A stretch of 64,000 bases of DNA from Pseudomonadales bacterium (GTDB taxonomy: Bacteria; Pseudomonadota; Gammaproteobacteria; Pseudomonadales; GM7GCV1), in contig OZ244933.1 of assembly GCA_965222065.1 (NCBI GenBank), forward strand, positions 1,586,924 to 1,650,923, read 5' to 3'. A model generated the notes under the pieces. It ran no database searches. It saw nothing but the letters and a program-made list of their open reading frames with translations, and had not been told where the DNA came from. The translations under genes were made by a program, and so were the position numbers. Positions 1 through 10,526 of this stretch are shown here, piece by piece. Each line of letters begins with the position of its first letter. Position 1 is the first letter of the stretch.

Positions 1-403
1 GGAAGTACGCGTCACCATCAGGGCTGGCATCAACATAGGTGCGATAGACCCTGGAAATCATCGGTAACATCTGTCGATAAATGTTTTCCCCACCTATTAC
101 CATTATTTCATCAACACCTAATTCTCCTGCCAGATTCTCTGCCAGCTCAATGGCTTTATCTGTCGAGCTGGCCAGATAAATTCCTTCTACCCCATAGTTT
201 TCGTCCCGACTGACAACGATATGTGGTCTTCCCGGCAGAAGCCGCCCCAAAGACTCAAACGTCTTGCGCCCCATAATCATCGGCTTGCCCATGGTGTTTT
301 CCTTAAACCATTTCAGATCCTCGGGAATATGCCAGGGTAGTTTGTTTTTCTTGCCAATAACGCCATTGGCGGCCACGGCAACAATGCAGGAAAGTCGAGC
401 CAT
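1..403 (-). CDS. folA: dihydrofolate reductase (N-terminal part; C-terminus runs off the left edge)
   Basis: Minus-strand frame from the ATG at 401-403 reads [53 protein letters not shown]..., a DHFR N-terminal signature. The start overlaps the thyA stop by 1 nt (TAATG). It is absent from the ORF track because it is open at the window edge. Confidence 0.85.
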   Translation of the reverse strand, partial: MARLSCIVAVAANGVIGKKNKLPWHIPEDLKWFKENTMGKPMIMGRKTFESLGRLLPGRPHIVVSRDENYGVEGIYLASSTDKAIELAENLAGELGVDEIMVIGGENIYRQMLPMISRVYRTYVDASPDGDAYF

Positions 404-1236
404 TAAATGGCCACCGGTGCAGATATATGTGGATGCGCCTGGTAGTTCACCAGCTCAAAATCATCGAAACAAAAATCAAACAGGCTCGATACGCCCGGGT
501 TTATTTTCATTTGCGGCAGCGGGTAAGGCTCGCGGGCAAGCTGCTCTTCCACCTGTTCAAGATGGTTCAGGTACAAATGGGCGTCCCCAAACGTATGCAC
601 AAACTCTCCCGGACGCAGACCGGTTACATGGGCAATCATCAGGGTGAGCAAGCTGTAGGAAGCAATATTAAAGGGCACGCCAAGAAAGACATCCGCACTG
701 CGCTGATACAGCTGACAGGAGAGCTTGCCGTCAAGAACATAGAACTGAAAAAGACAGTGGCAGGGAGGCAGCGCCTGCCGCCCCTGCGCGGCATTCTCCC
801 GGGGAGAGAATTTTGTGTCGGGTAACACCGTCGGGTTCCAGGCACTTACCAGCAGCCGACGCGAGTCCGGGTTGTTCTTAATCTGGCCAACCACTTCCTC
901 TATCTGATCGACCACTTCACCGTTTGGCCCTTCCCAGGAACGCCATTGCTTGCCATACACCGGCCCGAGATCCCCGTCCTCCGTTGCCCATTCATCCCAG
1001 ATACTAACGCCGTTTTCCTTTAAATAGGCTATGTTGGTCTCGCCCTTTAAAAACCAGAGCAGCTCATGGATGATGGATCGCAAATGACACTTCTTGGTGG
1101 TCACCAGCGGAAAACCTTCCTCGAGATCAAAGCGCATCTGGTATCCAAAGACGCTGATCGTTCCTGTGCCTGTACGATCATCCTTGCGCACACCTGTGTC
1201 TCGTATGTGACGCATTAAATCGAGATATTGTTTCAT
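403..1236 (-). CDS. thyA: thymidylate synthase
   Basis: ORF 403..1323. The canonical start [15 protein letters not shown] is at 1236. Contains [12 protein letters not shown] (active-site Cys region) and [16 protein letters not shown]. Confidence 0.95.
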   Translation of the reverse strand: MKQYLDLMRHIRDTGVRKDDRTGTGTISVFGYQMRFDLEEGFPLVTTKKCHLRSIIHELLWFLKGETNIAYLKENGVSIWDEWATEDGDLGPVYGKQWRSWEGPNGEVVDQIEEVVGQIKNNPDSRRLLVSAWNPTVLPDTKFSPRENAAQGRQALPPCHCLFQFYVLDGKLSCQLYQRSADVFLGVPFNIASYSLLTLMIAHVTGLRPGEFVHTFGDAHLYLNHLEQVEEQLAREPYPLPQMKINPGVSSLFDFCFDDFELVNYQAHPHISAPVAI

Positions 1237-1243
1237 AAACTCA

Positions 1244-2050
1244 CTATGACTTTGTTGAAGTCTGTCTGGAATTTCGCAAACTCCAGACAATAATGAAAAC
1301 TCCGGCCAACAACATGGGGACACTTAACACCTGTCCGCGCGTGATCCAGCCAAATAATAACAAGTCTGCCAGGTGCGCATCGGGCTCACGGGCAAACTCA
1401 ACCAGGAAGCGCAAACCGCCGTATCCCGCCAAAAAACAACCGGATATAAGGCCTCGCGGGCGCGGTTTCATTGAAATCCACCAAAGCACCGCAAATAAAA
1501 GCAGGCCCTCAAGTGCCGCCTCGTATAGCTGGGAAGGATGCCTTGCCAGACCCAGGGGGTCACGAGGGAACACCATGGCCCACCAGCCTTCCGTGGGACG
1601 CCCCCAGAGCTCCTGCCCAATGAAGTTGCCAATGCGGCCAAAAAACAAACCCACCGGAACCATGGGTGCGACAAAGTCACTTATTTGCAGAAAATCGACG
1701 TGCCAGCGACGGGCGCTTATATACAGGGCGACGATCACGCCAATCAGCCCGCCGTGAAAAGCCATGCCTCCTTCCCAGATACGAAACAACCAAAGTGGGT
1801 CGGCCAGGAATTGGTCCATTTTGTAAAAGAATACATAGCCCAGACGCCCGCCGATAACGACACCCAGAGCCCCATTGAAGATCAGGTCTTCTGCCTGGTC
1901 TGGATTAATTGGGGTCCACGACTTTTTTGCCCGAAAAACAAACAGCCGCCAGACAATCAAAAAACTCAGCAGGTACGTCAGTCCGTACCAGTGAATTTTT
2001 AACGGGCCGAGGGAAATGGCAACCGGATCAATTTCGGGATAGGTCAACAT
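1244..2050 (-). CDS. lgt: prolipoprotein diacylglyceryl transferase
   Basis: 268 aa, [27 protein letters not shown]..., polytopic membrane protein. Classic lgt-thyA adjacency with a 7-nt gap. Confidence 0.95.
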   Translation of the reverse strand: MLTYPEIDPVAISLGPLKIHWYGLTYLLSFLIVWRLFVFRAKKSWTPINPDQAEDLIFNGALGVVIGGRLGYVFFYKMDQFLADPLWLFRIWEGGMAFHGGLIGVIVALYISARRWHVDFLQISDFVAPMVPVGLFFGRIGNFIGQELWGRPTEGWWAMVFPRDPLGLARHPSQLYEAALEGLLLFAVLWWISMKPRPRGLISGCFLAGYGGLRFLVEFAREPDAHLADLLLFGWITRGQVLSVPMLLAGVFIIVWSLRNSRQTSTKS

Positions 2051-2084
2051 AGGTAGCTAGCAATCTGATTTTTTGGCAATTCAC

Positions 2085-4367
2085 TTATCCCAAACCGGGC
2101 GCAACTTTAATATAGCGGCGCACCTCCGGATCCTTGACTGCTTCAAGCAACCTTTCCCGAACCATACTCTCATCGGGCAGGTGCAGTATTTCACGCAGGA
2201 GCAACCGGATTTCAGCAATATTGGACTTGCGGATTACCGCCTTAACCTTGAGCAGGTTTGACGCATTCATCGAAAGCGAGTCATAACCCATCGCCAACAG
2301 CAGCAACGCGCCCAGGGGATCACCGGCAAGCTCGCCGCAGACCCCGGCATTTTTGCCTTCGGCATGGGCCGACTTGACCACATGATTGATCGCCGACAGG
2401 ACCGCCGGGTGCATAGCTTGGTACAAATCAGCTACCTGTGGATTGTTGCGATCTACAGCCAAAATATACTGGGTCAGATCATTGCTGCCCACAGAGAGAA
2501 AATCCACCCGGCGGGCAAGTTCACGGGCCAGGAAAATGGCGGACGGAACTTCAATCATGGCACCAATACGTGGCATTTTAATCTTGAGATGGTCTTCCTC
2601 TGTCAGCTCATCATAGGCCCGATAAATAAGCTCAAGCGCCATTTCCAGTTCCTTGACACTGGAAATCATCGGCAATAGCAAGCGCAGGTTATCCAGCCCC
2701 ATCGAGGCCTTCATCATGGCACGCACCTGGGCCAGGAACAGTTCAGGGTGATCCAGCGTAATGCGAATACCGCGCCAGCCCAAAAAGGGGTTGGCCTCTT
2801 CGATAGGGAAATAGGGCAGTGCCTTGTCACCACCAATGTCCAGGGTACGCATAACGACCGGACGGGGATAAAAGGCTTCCAGTTGCTCGCGATAAAACTG
2901 ACGTTGTTCTTCTTCCGTCGGAAATCGCTGGCGGGTAAAAAACGGTACTTCGCTTCGATAAAGGCCAACACCCTCGGCACCGCGCTCAAGCGAAATTCGA
3001 ACATCGGCCATTAGGCCTGTGTTGACCAGCAAGCGTACCTTCTGGTCATCCAGCGATACGGCGGGTTCATCCCGCAAGGATTCAAGTTCGGCAAGCAACT
3101 GGCGATCTTCTTCGCGGATTGCCTCATATTGAGTCAGGTGTTCTTGCGTGGGGTTGATATATACATGCCCACGGTAGCCATCAATAATCAGCTTCTTGCC
3201 TCGCAGGCGTCCGTAGCGCAGCCCTTGAACACCTACCACAGTGGGAATGCCCATTGCACGGGCCAGTATGGCTAAATGCGAGTTGATGGAGCCCTTGATT
3301 GAAACCAGTCCGGCGAGCTTTTCTACCGGCACCATGCCCAGGGTCGCCGCCGATAGCTCTTCACCTACCAGAATCGCGTTGTCCGGATAGACAATGTCTT
3401 TTTGGACATTTTTCTGCATATGCCCCAGCACCCGACGACCCAGATCGCGCAAATCTGCTGCGCGCTCTTTCAGGTAGGCATCCTCCATGGCATCAAATTT
3501 TCGGGCATGGGCAATAATGACCTCGCTCCAGGCTGACTGCGCCGAGACTCCCTGGTGAATTCGTTCCTTTACTTCCTTGCCAAGACTGTGGTCATCCAGC
3601 ATTTGCACATAGGCCGTAAACAGCAAACGTTCCTGTTCGCTTATCACTCCGGATAGGCCATGGGCCATGTCCCAGATGTCCTTGCGGGTATTTTCAACGG
3701 CCCGGTGATATTCCTCGAGCTCCGACTTGATCGACCGGGCCTCCACGGCCTCCACCGCATAGAGATCTGCCACCGGCGAAATAATAACCACTTCGCCAAT
3801 GCCAACACCGGGCGCACCCGCAAGACCATGGAACTCATACTCTCCATCCGTTCCGGACAAAGGACGAATCAATTGAACCAGATCGCCGGTAGATTGAGCG
3901 TGAGCAATGGTTCCGGAAAGCTGGGCAGAGAGCGTAATCAGAAACGCTTCTTCTCCTTCATCAAAACGTCTCTGGTCCACCTGCTGGACAACCAGCACAC
4001 CCAGTACGTGTCCGTGGTGAATAATAGGCACGCCAAGAAAGGAGCTGTAACGTTCCTCACCTGTCTCCGGAATGTATTGATAGTTCGGATGCGAATCAGC
4101 TTTTTCGAGGTTAATCGGTTCTTCACGGCTGACCACCATACCCACCAGACCCTCTTTCGGACCGAGGAACACCTGACCGACGGCTTCCTGGTTCAGCCCG
4201 CGGGTGGCCATCAGCAGATACCGATTCATCAGTTGGTCATGAAGGTAAATCGAACAAACGCTAACGTTCAGCGAGCTCTTGACACTGCTAACAATGATCT
4301 CAAGCGCTTCGCTGAGATCACCGGCTGCGCTGACACGCTGAACAATTAGTCTGAGTTCTTCTAGCAT
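2085..4367 (-). CDS. ptsP: phosphoenolpyruvate-protein phosphotransferase PtsP (EI-Ntr, N-terminal GAF domain)
   Basis: 760 aa with a GAF-like N-terminus and a PEP-utilising enzyme core (GGxxSHxAILARxxGIP, SxGSNDLTQY). Starts 3 nt downstream of the rppH stop, as in the enterobacterial rppH-ptsP operon. Confidence 0.9.
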   Translation of the reverse strand: MLEELRLIVQRVSAAGDLSEALEIIVSSVKSSLNVSVCSIYLHDQLMNRYLLMATRGLNQEAVGQVFLGPKEGLVGMVVSREEPINLEKADSHPNYQYIPETGEERYSSFLGVPIIHHGHVLGVLVVQQVDQRRFDEGEEAFLITLSAQLSGTIAHAQSTGDLVQLIRPLSGTDGEYEFHGLAGAPGVGIGEVVIISPVADLYAVEAVEARSIKSELEEYHRAVENTRKDIWDMAHGLSGVISEQERLLFTAYVQMLDDHSLGKEVKERIHQGVSAQSAWSEVIIAHARKFDAMEDAYLKERAADLRDLGRRVLGHMQKNVQKDIVYPDNAILVGEELSAATLGMVPVEKLAGLVSIKGSINSHLAILARAMGIPTVVGVQGLRYGRLRGKKLIIDGYRGHVYINPTQEHLTQYEAIREEDRQLLAELESLRDEPAVSLDDQKVRLLVNTGLMADVRISLERGAEGVGLYRSEVPFFTRQRFPTEEEQRQFYREQLEAFYPRPVVMRTLDIGGDKALPYFPIEEANPFLGWRGIRITLDHPELFLAQVRAMMKASMGLDNLRLLLPMISSVKELEMALELIYRAYDELTEEDHLKIKMPRIGAMIEVPSAIFLARELARRVDFLSVGSNDLTQYILAVDRNNPQVADLYQAMHPAVLSAINHVVKSAHAEGKNAGVCGELAGDPLGALLLLAMGYDSLSMNASNLLKVKAVIRKSNIAEIRLLLREILHLPDESMVRERLLEAVKDPEVRRYIKVAPGLG

Positions 4368-4370
4368 CCG

Positions 4371-4955
4371 TTAGCCCAACTGCTGTGATCTTCGGTTCTT
4401 TTTATGACGCCTCAATCTGCGAGGGGTCTCAGGATACCGCTTTCCGGCAACCAGTGCGGCGTGTGCCGGAGCAAGCTCCCTGAGTGCGCGCCGGTATACA
4501 TCCTGCTTAAAGTTGACGACATCGACCGTTGGATACCAATAGCTAACCCAGCGCCAATCAGTAAACTCCGCTTTTTCTCCGCGGTCGAATCTGATCTCTT
4601 CAGGCGCGCAATCCAGCTGCATCAAGAACCAGCGCTGCTTTTGTCCAATACACCTGGGTTTCTGTCGCTTGCGCAGCAGGTGCTCGGGGATGCGGTAACT
4701 GAGCCAGCCACGGGTTTGGGAAATCAAATTTACCTGGTGGGATTCAAGGCCAACTTCTTCGTAAAGTTCTCGATAGGCGGCATCCTCAGGGGACTCCCCC
4801 TGGTTCACCCCGCCCTGCGGGAATTGCCAGGAATCACCTGCCTGAACCCGTTTCGCCCAAAGCACATCACCTGCGCCATCGGCGATTACAATACCAACAT
4901 TGGCCCTATAGCCTTCTGTATCTATCAAAGCTGTTTCAACCCAGAACACGCACAT
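4371..4955 (-). CDS. rppH: RNA pyrophosphohydrolase (Nudix)
   Basis: Nudix box GGVNQGESPEDAAYRELYEEVGL. The typical N-terminus (M)IDTEGYRANVGIVI suggests the true start may be the in-frame TTG at 4928 rather than the ATG at 4955. Confidence 0.85.
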   Translation of the reverse strand: MCVFWVETALIDTEGYRANVGIVIADGAGDVLWAKRVQAGDSWQFPQGGVNQGESPEDAAYRELYEEVGLESHQVNLISQTRGWLSYRIPEHLLRKRQKPRCIGQKQRWFLMQLDCAPEEIRFDRGEKAEFTDWRWVSYWYPTVDVVNFKQDVYRRALRELAPAHAALVAGKRYPETPRRLRRHKKNRRSQQLG

Positions 4956-4978
4956 GGCATGTTCCTGGTTACCTCTGG

Positions 4979-5365
4979 TTATTCTTCTATTTCGGCAGCG
5001 TAGCCTTCGGCATCCAGTGTATCGTCCAGCTCGGCGATATCATCCGGCCGGATACGAAAAAACCAACCGTCGGTATATGGCCCCTCGTTGACCAATTCCG
5101 GCTCGTCTTCCAGCGCCTCGTTGATCTCGATGACCTCACCACTGACAGGTGAAAAAATGTCAGAGGCCGCTTTCACTGACTCGACAACCGCACATTCTTC
5201 CCGGGCACCAAGCTGTTCACCCACTTCCGGTAATTCCACAAAAACCACATCGCCAAGCTGATCCTGGGCGTGGTCAGTAATACCTATGGTAATGGTGCCA
5301 TCGAGATTTTTACGCGCCCATTCATGACTGGGAAGATAACGCAAATCTTCAGGTATTTCGCTCAT
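4979..5365 (-). CDS. gcvH: glycine cleavage system H protein (lipoyl carrier)
   Basis: [19 protein letters not shown]..., with the lipoyl-lysine motif ESVKAASD. Start set at the internal ATG 5365 of ORF 4979..5425. Confidence 0.9.
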   Translation of the reverse strand: MSEIPEDLRYLPSHEWARKNLDGTITIGITDHAQDQLGDVVFVELPEVGEQLGAREECAVVESVKAASDIFSPVSGEVIEINEALEDEPELVNEGPYTDGWFFRIRPDDIAELDDTLDAEGYAAEIEE

Positions 5366-5559
5366 ATTGAACTCTCTTAATTCTTTTTTAACGAGTATAA
5401 ACAGTGTGTCTAAAAACACACGCACTCTTCAGATGCATAGGATACTGACACCCTCTCCTAAATCAGATCAACAATTTTTTTAGGCAAATTCAGGTTACGA
5501 CCCCGGGACTGGAAATCACTATGGCACAATAGGTATTCAAACTTTCCCATGAACGATTC

Positions 5560-6459
5560 ATGAACGTTTTTGCGCACCCACTCTGGTTCACAAATTTGCC
5601 CAGGCATCCCGTCATCGGCCCTTATTGGCGCCTGACTAGAATGGACAAGCCCGTCGGCAGCCTGCTGATTCTCTGGCCTACCCTTGCCAGCCTGTGGATT
5701 GCCGGATCGGGCAGGCCCGACATCGGCCTGGTCATTATTTTCACCCTGGGTACGTTTTTAATGCGCTCTGCGGGATGCGCCATCAATGATTATGCCGACC
5801 GCCATATCGACGGTGATGTCACCCGCACCACCCAGCGACCGCTGGCTACCGGGGAATTAAGACCCAAGCAGGCTGTCTGTACGTTTTTGATTCTCTGTGT
5901 CATCAGCTTTGGCCTGGTACTGCTGACAAACAGGCTCACCATTTATCTTTCCCTGGCAGGTGCCGCACTGGCAGCGATTTACCCCTTTCTGAAGCGCATC
6001 ACTCATCTGCCCCAGGTCTGGCTGGGTCTGGCTATGAACTGGGGAATCCTGATGGCCTACAGCGCCCAGGCCAACACACTTCATCCCGGCATCGGCGTGT
6101 TTTATGCGGCTACAATCCTCTGGACCGTGGTCTATGACTGCTTTTATGCGATGGTAGATCGTGAGGATGACCTGAAAATCGGGGTGAAATCCATTGCCAT
6201 ACTCTTTGGAGAACAGGATCGACTCTTCTGCGGCATACTCCAGCTGTTATCTGTTTTTGCTTTCTACATGGCCGGTCAACGCCTGGAGCTGGGTACTGCC
6301 TACTATCTGCTAACAGTTGGAAGTGTATGCCTCCTGTTTGCCTATCAGCAATACCTTGTCAGAGCACGTGACCGCGCAAGCTGTTTCACTGCGTTTATGA
6401 ACAGCCGGTGGGTTGCCCTGGTGATCTTTGTCGGGGTCTTTGTCGAGACCAGTTTTTAA
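5560..6459 (+). CDS. ubiA: 4-hydroxybenzoate polyprenyltransferase
   Basis: 299 aa UbiA prenyltransferase with NDYADRHIDGDVTRT and DREDD aspartate-rich motifs and multiple TM segments. Confidence 0.9.
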   Translation: MNVFAHPLWFTNLPRHPVIGPYWRLTRMDKPVGSLLILWPTLASLWIAGSGRPDIGLVIIFTLGTFLMRSAGCAINDYADRHIDGDVTRTTQRPLATGELRPKQAVCTFLILCVISFGLVLLTNRLTIYLSLAGAALAAIYPFLKRITHLPQVWLGLAMNWGILMAYSAQANTLHPGIGVFYAATILWTVVYDCFYAMVDREDDLKIGVKSIAILFGEQDRLFCGILQLLSVFAFYMAGQRLELGTAYYLLTVGSVCLLFAYQQYLVRARDRASCFTAFMNSRWVALVIFVGVFVETSF

Positions 6460-6467
6460 CAAAGAAC

Positions 6468-7628
6468 ATGCACTACCGCTTTCTTGATTGCCTTGCAGAT
6501 ATTAAGGCTTCTCACTGGAATCGTCTGCTGGAGGGCAATTATCCCTTCGCAAAACATCAATATCTGAATGCACTCGAATTAACAGGCTGCGTTGGCGGGG
6601 ATAGTGGCTGGCAGCCTTGTCACCTGATTCTGGAAGATTCATCGGGACTTGTCGCCGCGCTACCCTTGTATGAAAAAACACATTCCTATGGTGAATATGT
6701 CTTTGACTGGGCCTGGGCTGATGCCTTTCACCGTTATGGCCGCCCCTACTATCCCAAACTGGTCAGTGCCATTCCCTTCACGCCGGTTACCGGGCCAAGA
6801 CTGCTTGTGCGGAAAAATGCAGATCCTGACGAAACTCTCTCACTCGCCTGTGAAGCAATCATGGATAAATGCAACGAGCAGGGTTATTCAAGCTGGCATT
6901 TGCTTTTCCCCGACGATCAGTTAAGAAACGCCGCCAAACACTGGGACCGCCTTCTTCACCGCGAAGCGGTACAGTTCCACTGGATGAACCGGGATCCTGA
7001 CAGCGGCGAGCCTTACACCGACTTTGAGCATTTTTTGCAGGGGCTGCGCTCGTCGAAACGCAAACAAATCCGCCGTGAACGGCGAAGAGTGGCCGAGCAA
7101 GGGTTAACACTTGAACGGCGCACAGGGCCGAACATACGCGATACAGACTGGCAGGCTTTTTACGCCTGCTATCAGGCAACCTACTTGAAGCGCAGTGGTC
7201 ATACAGGCTACCTCAACCTGAATTTCTTTGAGGAAATTGCCCGGACACTCAGTCACCAGTGCATGCTAACCACCGCCTCTCTTGATGAAACACCCGTTGC
7301 CTGCGCATTGTTTTTCTTTGACAAGGAAAGGCTCTATGGACGCTATTGGGGTGCTTTATCCAATTTTGATTCCCTGCACTTTGAAGCCTGCTATTACCAG
7401 GGAATAGAGTTTGCCATCGAAATGGGCATTGGGCGATTTGACCCCGGAACACAGGGCGAACACAAGCTGGTCCGGGGATTTGAGCCCATCAAGACCAGCT
7501 CCCTGCACTGGATCTCTGACCCGGAATTCTCAGTCGCCATTGACGATTTTCTGGAGAGGGAGCGACAGCACAATGACCGCTATCAACAGGCTGCGGAGGA
7601 GCATTTGCCTTTTCATCGCAGCGATTGA
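6468..7628 (+). CDS. FemAB-like / GNAT-fold protein (COG3146/DUF482-type family)
   Basis: 386 aa from MHYRFLDCLADIKASHWNRLL. The overall sequence resembles the conserved 'peptidogalycan biosynthesis protein' family. This is recognition by eye only. Confidence 0.65.
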   Translation: MHYRFLDCLADIKASHWNRLLEGNYPFAKHQYLNALELTGCVGGDSGWQPCHLILEDSSGLVAALPLYEKTHSYGEYVFDWAWADAFHRYGRPYYPKLVSAIPFTPVTGPRLLVRKNADPDETLSLACEAIMDKCNEQGYSSWHLLFPDDQLRNAAKHWDRLLHREAVQFHWMNRDPDSGEPYTDFEHFLQGLRSSKRKQIRRERRRVAEQGLTLERRTGPNIRDTDWQAFYACYQATYLKRSGHTGYLNLNFFEEIARTLSHQCMLTTASLDETPVACALFFFDKERLYGRYWGALSNFDSLHFEACYYQGIEFAIEMGIGRFDPGTQGEHKLVRGFEPIKTSSLHWISDPEFSVAIDDFLERERQHNDRYQQAAEEHLPFHRSD

Positions 7629-7675
7629 AGCTTCCTGCCTGAAAACCGACATAAATCTGCATTAGAATGTAGCCC

Positions 7676-9022
7676 ATGGCTGACAACAAACCATCCGCAC
7701 TGCGCAATTATTTTCTTGCTGAGCTCAAGTACGTCGTCGTACTGATTTTCAGCTGGACCCTGCTTGGCGCATTTTTTGGCTATCCAATCTCCGGAACCCT
7801 GTTTGGCTTCGCGGTGTATATGCTGTGGTCTCTGGTCCAGATCTACCGCCTCAATGAATGGATCAAGCACAAGAAAAAAAGCCGGGTTCCTGTGGTTCGG
7901 GGTATCTATGGCTATTTTCTGGAAGAATCCCTGAACCAAAAACGCGAACACAAACGGGAAAACAAAAAGCTCAAGGCGGCCATGGCCCGTCAACGCGACC
8001 TGATGGAAGGGGTTCGGGATGCCGCCATCCTGGTGGATGCCGCCGGCAGGATTCAATGGTTTAACCGTCAGGCGCGGCAAATGCTCGACCTGAAATCAAA
8101 AGATCGGGAAAAGCCGGTTCTGGAAATCATTAAAGACCCCGATTTCATTCTGTATTTGAGCAAAGGCAAGTTTGCCGATCCTCTGCCGATGAATTACCCC
8201 CCCGGCACCAAAGACTGGGTGGAAGCGAGTATTACCAAATACAAAAACGGTGACCGTATTATCCTGCTTCGCGACATTACCCGATTGCGCAAACTTGAAA
8301 GTATGCGCCGGGATTTCATTGCCAATCTGTCGCACGAACTGCGAACTCCCCTGACGGTGTTACGCGGTTATCTGGAAACCCTGCAAATGCACCCAACCAC
8401 CGATGATTCAATCCGGCGCATCTACATGCAAATGGATGAGCAGGGTGCGCGCATGGCCAATCTGGTGAATGATTTAACCACGCTGTCCCGTCTGGAGAGC
8501 CTGGAACAGGATCGCCAGGAAGAGCCCGTGGACATCACCGCATTAATCCAGCGTGTTGTCCGCGACGCCGAGGGGCTGGATGCCTTTAACAAGCACAAGA
8601 TAAAAACCGAAATCGAGGACGATTACTTCCTGATGGGCGTGGAAAGCGAACTCCGCAGTGTCTTTGGCAACCTGGTTTTTAATGCCGTGCGCTATACCCC
8701 TCCCGGAAGCAAAATCACGATCGGTGTCAGCAAGCCCAAATCCGGGCTGCGCGTGACTGTCGAAGACAATGGTCCCGGTATCGAGGAAAAACATCTGCCG
8801 CGACTGACTGAACGCTTTTACCGGGTCGACAAAAGCCGAAGCAGTGGTACCGGGGGAACCGGCCTCGGGCTGGCCATTGCCAAACATGCACTGGCCAGTC
8901 ACAAAGGGCGTCTTAGCATTAAATCAAAACCTGGTGAGGGCTCTAAATTCAGCTGTGTTTTTCCCAGGGAAAAACTGGTTAAACCACCAAAAAACGAACC
9001 CTCGCTGCGCATCGTTTCCTGA
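7676..9022 (+). CDS. phoR: phosphate regulon sensor histidine kinase PhoR
   Basis: Two N-terminal TM segments with no periplasmic domain, a PAS domain, the H-box DFIANLSHELRTPLTVLRGYLE, and N/G boxes (GTGLGLAIAKH). Confidence 0.85.
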   Translation: MADNKPSALRNYFLAELKYVVVLIFSWTLLGAFFGYPISGTLFGFAVYMLWSLVQIYRLNEWIKHKKKSRVPVVRGIYGYFLEESLNQKREHKRENKKLKAAMARQRDLMEGVRDAAILVDAAGRIQWFNRQARQMLDLKSKDREKPVLEIIKDPDFILYLSKGKFADPLPMNYPPGTKDWVEASITKYKNGDRIILLRDITRLRKLESMRRDFIANLSHELRTPLTVLRGYLETLQMHPTTDDSIRRIYMQMDEQGARMANLVNDLTTLSRLESLEQDRQEEPVDITALIQRVVRDAEGLDAFNKHKIKTEIEDDYFLMGVESELRSVFGNLVFNAVRYTPPGSKITIGVSKPKSGLRVTVEDNGPGIEEKHLPRLTERFYRVDKSRSSGTGGTGLGLAIAKHALASHKGRLSIKSKPGEGSKFSCVFPREKLVKPPKNEPSLRIVS

Positions 9023-9031
9023 CGTTCGCCC

Positions 9032-10438
9032 GTGAACTTTCATTATTCTTTTGCCGAACTTGGCCCGGCTTTTTCCCAGCCTGTTCAACTGAGCCCCCTT
9101 CAGGAACCGACCCTGGCCTCCTGGAATCCGGAAGCAGCCAGACTGCTGGGCTGGGACAGCATTCCCGACCAGATCGTTGCCTTGCTCAATGGCGAGACCC
9201 GGCTTGAACGTGACCCGGTTTCTTCACTTTATGCCGGTCATCAATTTGGTGTCTGGGTACCCCAACTGGGTGACGGCCGGGCGGCCATTCTTGGCGAAAT
9301 CATCCACGATGGCCAGCGCTTGGAATTACAACTCAAGGGCAGTGGGCCCACCCCGTTTTCCCGGGGTGGAGACGGACGCGCTGTATTGCGCTCAAGTATC
9401 CGCGAATATCTTTGCAGCGAGGCCATGCATGGGCTGGGCATAGCGACAACGCGAGCGCTCTGCCTGATTGATTCAAAAACACCGGTCTATAGGGAAGAGA
9501 TTGAATCCGGCGCACTGATTGTTCGTATGGCACCGACCCATATTCGCTTTGGCAGTTTTGAGGTATTTGCTTCCCGCGGCCAGACCGACGAAGTTCGGCA
9601 ACTGGCTGATTTTGTGATTGAACGTTTTTACCCGGAATGCCTGGAACATGAAAAGCCCTATCTGGCGTTTTATCAGCAGGTTATCGAACGAACCGCCGGG
9701 ATGATTGCCGGATGGATGGCACAGGGCTTTGCTCACGGGGTGATGAATACCGACAACATGTCCATTCTCGGTTTAGCCATAGATTATGGTCCTTATGGCT
9801 TTATGGAAGCCTACAACCCCGGGTTTATCTGTAATCACTCCGATCACACGGGTCGATATGCCTTTAACCAGCAGCCCAACATTGCTTCCTGGAACCTGGG
9901 CGCACTGGGTAATGCCTTATTGTCGTTGCTGGAAGTCAAGGAGGCACAGAAAGCTCTGGATGGTTTCCGGGACATGTACACAACCGCGTATAACCAGCGC
10001 ATGTGCGCCAAGCTCGGGTTCGCCGAAGCGACTGAAGAGGGACAACAGCTGGTAGAAGAGTTACTGCGACTGATGCGTGACTGCCAGGCTGACTACAGTC
10101 GCACATTTCGCTTGCTGTCTCGAGAGCAGACCTGGGATCAGGCTGCGCAACTTTTCGGCAACTCCAACCAGTTTAACGCCTGGCTTTTGCGGCTTGCCGA
10201 CCACCGCTCTGCTTTTGACGAGGCGGAGTCCCGGGCATTGACCCAAAATCCCAAATACGTGCTGCGCAACTACATGGCACAAATGGCCATCGAAAAAGCA
10301 CAAAAGGGTGACTATTCAGAAATTGACCGGCAACTGCGTATCCTGCAGAACCCATTTGAAGAGCACCCGGACGCCGAAGAATATTTTGCCGAGCCGCCAG
10401 ATTGGGCGCGACAGCTATCCGTCAGCTGTTCTTCGTGA
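9032..10438 (+). CDS. selO: protein adenylyltransferase SelO (YdiU/UPF0061)
   Basis: 468 aa, GTG start. Contains GDGRAILLGE-like GDGRAAILGE, LKGSGPTPFSR and HGVMNTDNMSILG motifs typical of SelO pseudokinases. Confidence 0.9.
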   Translation: MNFHYSFAELGPAFSQPVQLSPLQEPTLASWNPEAARLLGWDSIPDQIVALLNGETRLERDPVSSLYAGHQFGVWVPQLGDGRAAILGEIIHDGQRLELQLKGSGPTPFSRGGDGRAVLRSSIREYLCSEAMHGLGIATTRALCLIDSKTPVYREEIESGALIVRMAPTHIRFGSFEVFASRGQTDEVRQLADFVIERFYPECLEHEKPYLAFYQQVIERTAGMIAGWMAQGFAHGVMNTDNMSILGLAIDYGPYGFMEAYNPGFICNHSDHTGRYAFNQQPNIASWNLGALGNALLSLLEVKEAQKALDGFRDMYTTAYNQRMCAKLGFAEATEEGQQLVEELLRLMRDCQADYSRTFRLLSREQTWDQAAQLFGNSNQFNAWLLRLADHRSAFDEAESRALTQNPKYVLRNYMAQMAIEKAQKGDYSEIDRQLRILQNPFEEHPDAEEYFAEPPDWARQLSVSCSS

Positions 10439-10526
10439 CGAACGTTAATAACATTTTTCATAACACAAACAGGTTTCTTTGCGGGGCTCGCTTGATATCG
10501 CCGATGTCAGCCCCGAAAATGCCACT

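Noticed and set aside
403-4955. The folA-thyA-lgt-ptsP-rppH block as something unusual, given the 1-nt thyA/folA overlap and the 3-nt rppH/ptsP spacing.
   Set aside because: The rppH-ptsP and lgt-thyA linkages are the well-known enterobacterial arrangement, and thyA-folA coupling is common. This is ordinary core-genome organisation.
5366-5559. Glycine riboswitch upstream of gcvH. A GGAGAGG string and a gtgtg-N8-cacac hairpin occur on the minus strand.
   Set aside because: The conserved ACCGAAGGGGCAA-type cores of the glycine aptamers are not present. Only a short generic hairpin is seen.
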